Both the position numbers and the translations under genes were made by a program. A model generated the notes under the pieces. That model did not search any database, had not been told where the DNA came from, and saw nothing but the letters and a program-made list of their open reading frames with translations. DNA of 63,983 nucleotides, counting the filler, from Pelomyxa schiedti (Eukaryota > Protista > Evosea), in the NCBI GenBank assembly GCA_020536535.1. It is 4 parts of 4 records of this genome, joined end to end, with 100 filler letters (N's around TTAATTAATTAA, not from the genome) between each part and the next. Parts side by side here need not be neighbours in the genome. Positions count along the whole stretch, not along the records: positions 62,076 to 63,983 come from JAHLWZ010002213.1; 3 more parts are not named here. One strand, 5' to 3'. Position 1 is the first letter of the stretch. Each line of letters opens with the position of its first letter. This document shows, piece by piece, positions 62,076 through 63,983 of the stretch.

Positions 62076-63695
62076 AGCTGTATCAGTTCTACCTTCAACT
62101 CTGCAGGTTTTTAGGAAATTCAGAATCAATTCAGGGAACCTGGAACTCCTTTAAAGGATAAAAGAGATAATGTTGCAGTTTCAGAGAGAAGGGTGTCGTT
62201 TCCATCCCCTTTGAAAGAGACAACTTGCTGGTTCTCATCCACTCCAAACCTTTTAGCTATTACCATTTTCACAACCTTGTTGAACGTATGGTCAAGATGG
62301 TAACAACAGGAAAATCCCTTTACCTTGTCCAATGGGCACAAGGAGCAGACCAATTCACGAAAGGTGATGTTGTGCTTTTGTAGAGTCACTAAGACACTCT
62401 TCATCACGCAGCTGTGAGAGTCTTCAGAAGAAGATTCTTGCAAGAATCCCCCTGAACTTCCTCCAACTTGTGCAGTTGTACTCAGCCAAACCCCTCGTTG
62501 GATGTGCATCAAGGTGTGCTCAAAGCCTTGGTTTTTTAGAAGAGGAAAAAATGAAGAGATGACACACATTCTGTTTGGTTATCACTGTTCTGTTTAACCT
62601 GACAGAGTTCACGTTCCAAGGACTGTACCCTCGTGTTCAGTCTCCTTACATCTTCCTGGAAGAAACTCACTGATTTATTCAGGCAATTTGGGAAGAGGAA
62701 ACACACCTCCATCTCAAGGTCACCACAACCCATCCGGTGGGACATTCCTGGTCTAACACATGACCCTTGTTGGAAGACACCATTTTTCAAAGTGCCTGCA
62801 CTGAGAATACGTCCATAGGCACTTTTGAATGATCCACTACCATCACCACAGCCGTTTTGATAAAAGCGACCTCCGAATTCATCACCATTTGGCCACGTCT
62901 TTGTTCCAGACTTGATCACACCCATCTCCCAAACACCCTCAAAAGAGGTTCCATCCCGTGCCCACGTTTTTGTGCCCTTCCCGTGCTCCATCCCACACAC
63001 CCAGTCACCCTCGTATCTCGTCCCATCAGCCCACAGCCTCACGCCCCTCCCATGGAACATGTCGTCCCTCCACTCCCCAACATAGCTCCCCCCATCCCCA
63101 ACTCCCTCGACCCCAAACAACATCCTCCCGCTCCCGCTCCTCTTCCCATGATCAAACCGGCCATAATATATATCCCCCGTCTCGAGTGACCTCCACATCC
63201 CCCTGCCATGCCACACATGTCCCTGTCCCACTCGCCCTCGTACACCGTCTCCAACACCCCCCCGTCGCCCCCGCCGCTTGCCCTCCTCTTCTGCACGCCC
63301 CACCCCTGCATCTCGTGCACATACATGCCATCCTCACGGCGCACCGACCAGTCGCCCTCCCACACGTCCGCGCCGTTCGCGTCGTGCCACGCGCCCCTCT
63401 GGCACCTGTCGTCGCGGTACAGCCCCTCGTACCAGGCGCCGCCCGGGTAGCGGCACACGCCCCAGCCGTCCCTCTTGCTGCCGCGGCACTCGCCGTCGTA
63501 GGCGCCGCCGTCCGGGTAGGTGTAGGTCCCGCGGCCGTGCAGGAAGCCCTCCCTCCAGTCTCCGTCGTAGGAGCCGCCCCCGCCGGTCGTCGTCGTCCAC
63601 TTGGCGACACCGCTTCCGTCGGGCTTGTTGTTGACGAGACGACCAGAGAACACTCCCTCAGGGAAGTGATGGTCCTGGACAACAACACTCACCAT
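62076..63695 (-). pseudogene. MORN-repeat protein with coiled coil, apparent 2-nt frameshift at about 63212-63217; 3' end runs off the contig
   Basis: Repeats YDGDWREGFLHGRG, YDGECRGSKRDGWG, YVGEWRDDMFHGRG and YEGDWVCGMEHGKG. The frame switches at GAC ATG TG TGG CAT. A sequencing error is also possible. Confidence 0.6.
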
Positions 63696-63983
63696 CTGGT
63701 CGTCTGATCAAATCTGAAAAACAGTGCTCGGTGTTTTATGATGAGTACATTCATTCATTCTGTCATTCCTTTGTGAGTTGTGAAATTGTTGTTGTAACAC
63801 ACAAAAGTAAGCAAAGTTCCTGTGGTTGAGCCTTGGAGGAAGGGTGGCCGTGGTGGTCAGACTGTGAGAATGGCAAGTGACAGGCCTGTGATGGAATCGT
63901 GTACCACGGAGGAGGTGCGACTACTGTTGTAGTCCACATCCTGGCCTTCTTTCCCTCTGGTACCAATTCGCACTGCATAGATT

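Noticed and set aside
1-63983. CRISPR arrays, operons, prophage, alternative genetic code
   Set aside because: No repeat-spacer arrays are visible. In-frame stops in conserved genes are explained by short spliceosomal introns. TAA, TAG and TGA all terminate genes, and the tRNA-Gln anticodon is the standard CTG.

Overview
Gene-dense, intron-rich eukaryotic (protist) genomic DNA, not prokaryotic. The window joins four sequences with artificial N44-TTAATTAATTAA-N44 linkers (31896-31995, 60769-60868, 61976-62075) and contains two 100-N gaps. Introns are very short (mostly about 30-65 nt) and micro-exons are common, so the ORF track shows only exon fragments; I reconstructed gene models by eye and boundaries are approximate. 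The gene families and low-complexity style suggest an amoebozoan, possibly an archamoeba such as Pelomyxa (inference only). Recognisable genes: large NAD-glutamate dehydrogenase, Rap1-like GTPase, GDP-fucose-type transporter, RNA polymerase I subunit RPA2, syntaxin-6/Tlg1, TBC1D23-like, HSF-like factor, STE-type kinase, C9orf85-like, TTC27-like, a MORN protein and tRNA-Gln(CTG). There are three tandem paralog arrays: two H-x-R-x-G-x-x-S/SPRY-like genes, two F-box/ZZ genes and three receptor adenylyl cyclases. The best candidate for a new system is an in-frame fusion of an M20 acetylornithine-deacetylase-type amidohydrolase with a PLP-dependent histidine/serine-decarboxylase-family enzyme (9768-13992). 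Also notable: an intron-poor ZZ-finger plus CAR-like adenylation enzyme, an LRR-Ras fusion with a distorted P-loop, an HSF with Arg->Lys in its recognition helix, and a possible TA-targeted transposon insertion whose empty site lies in the same window.
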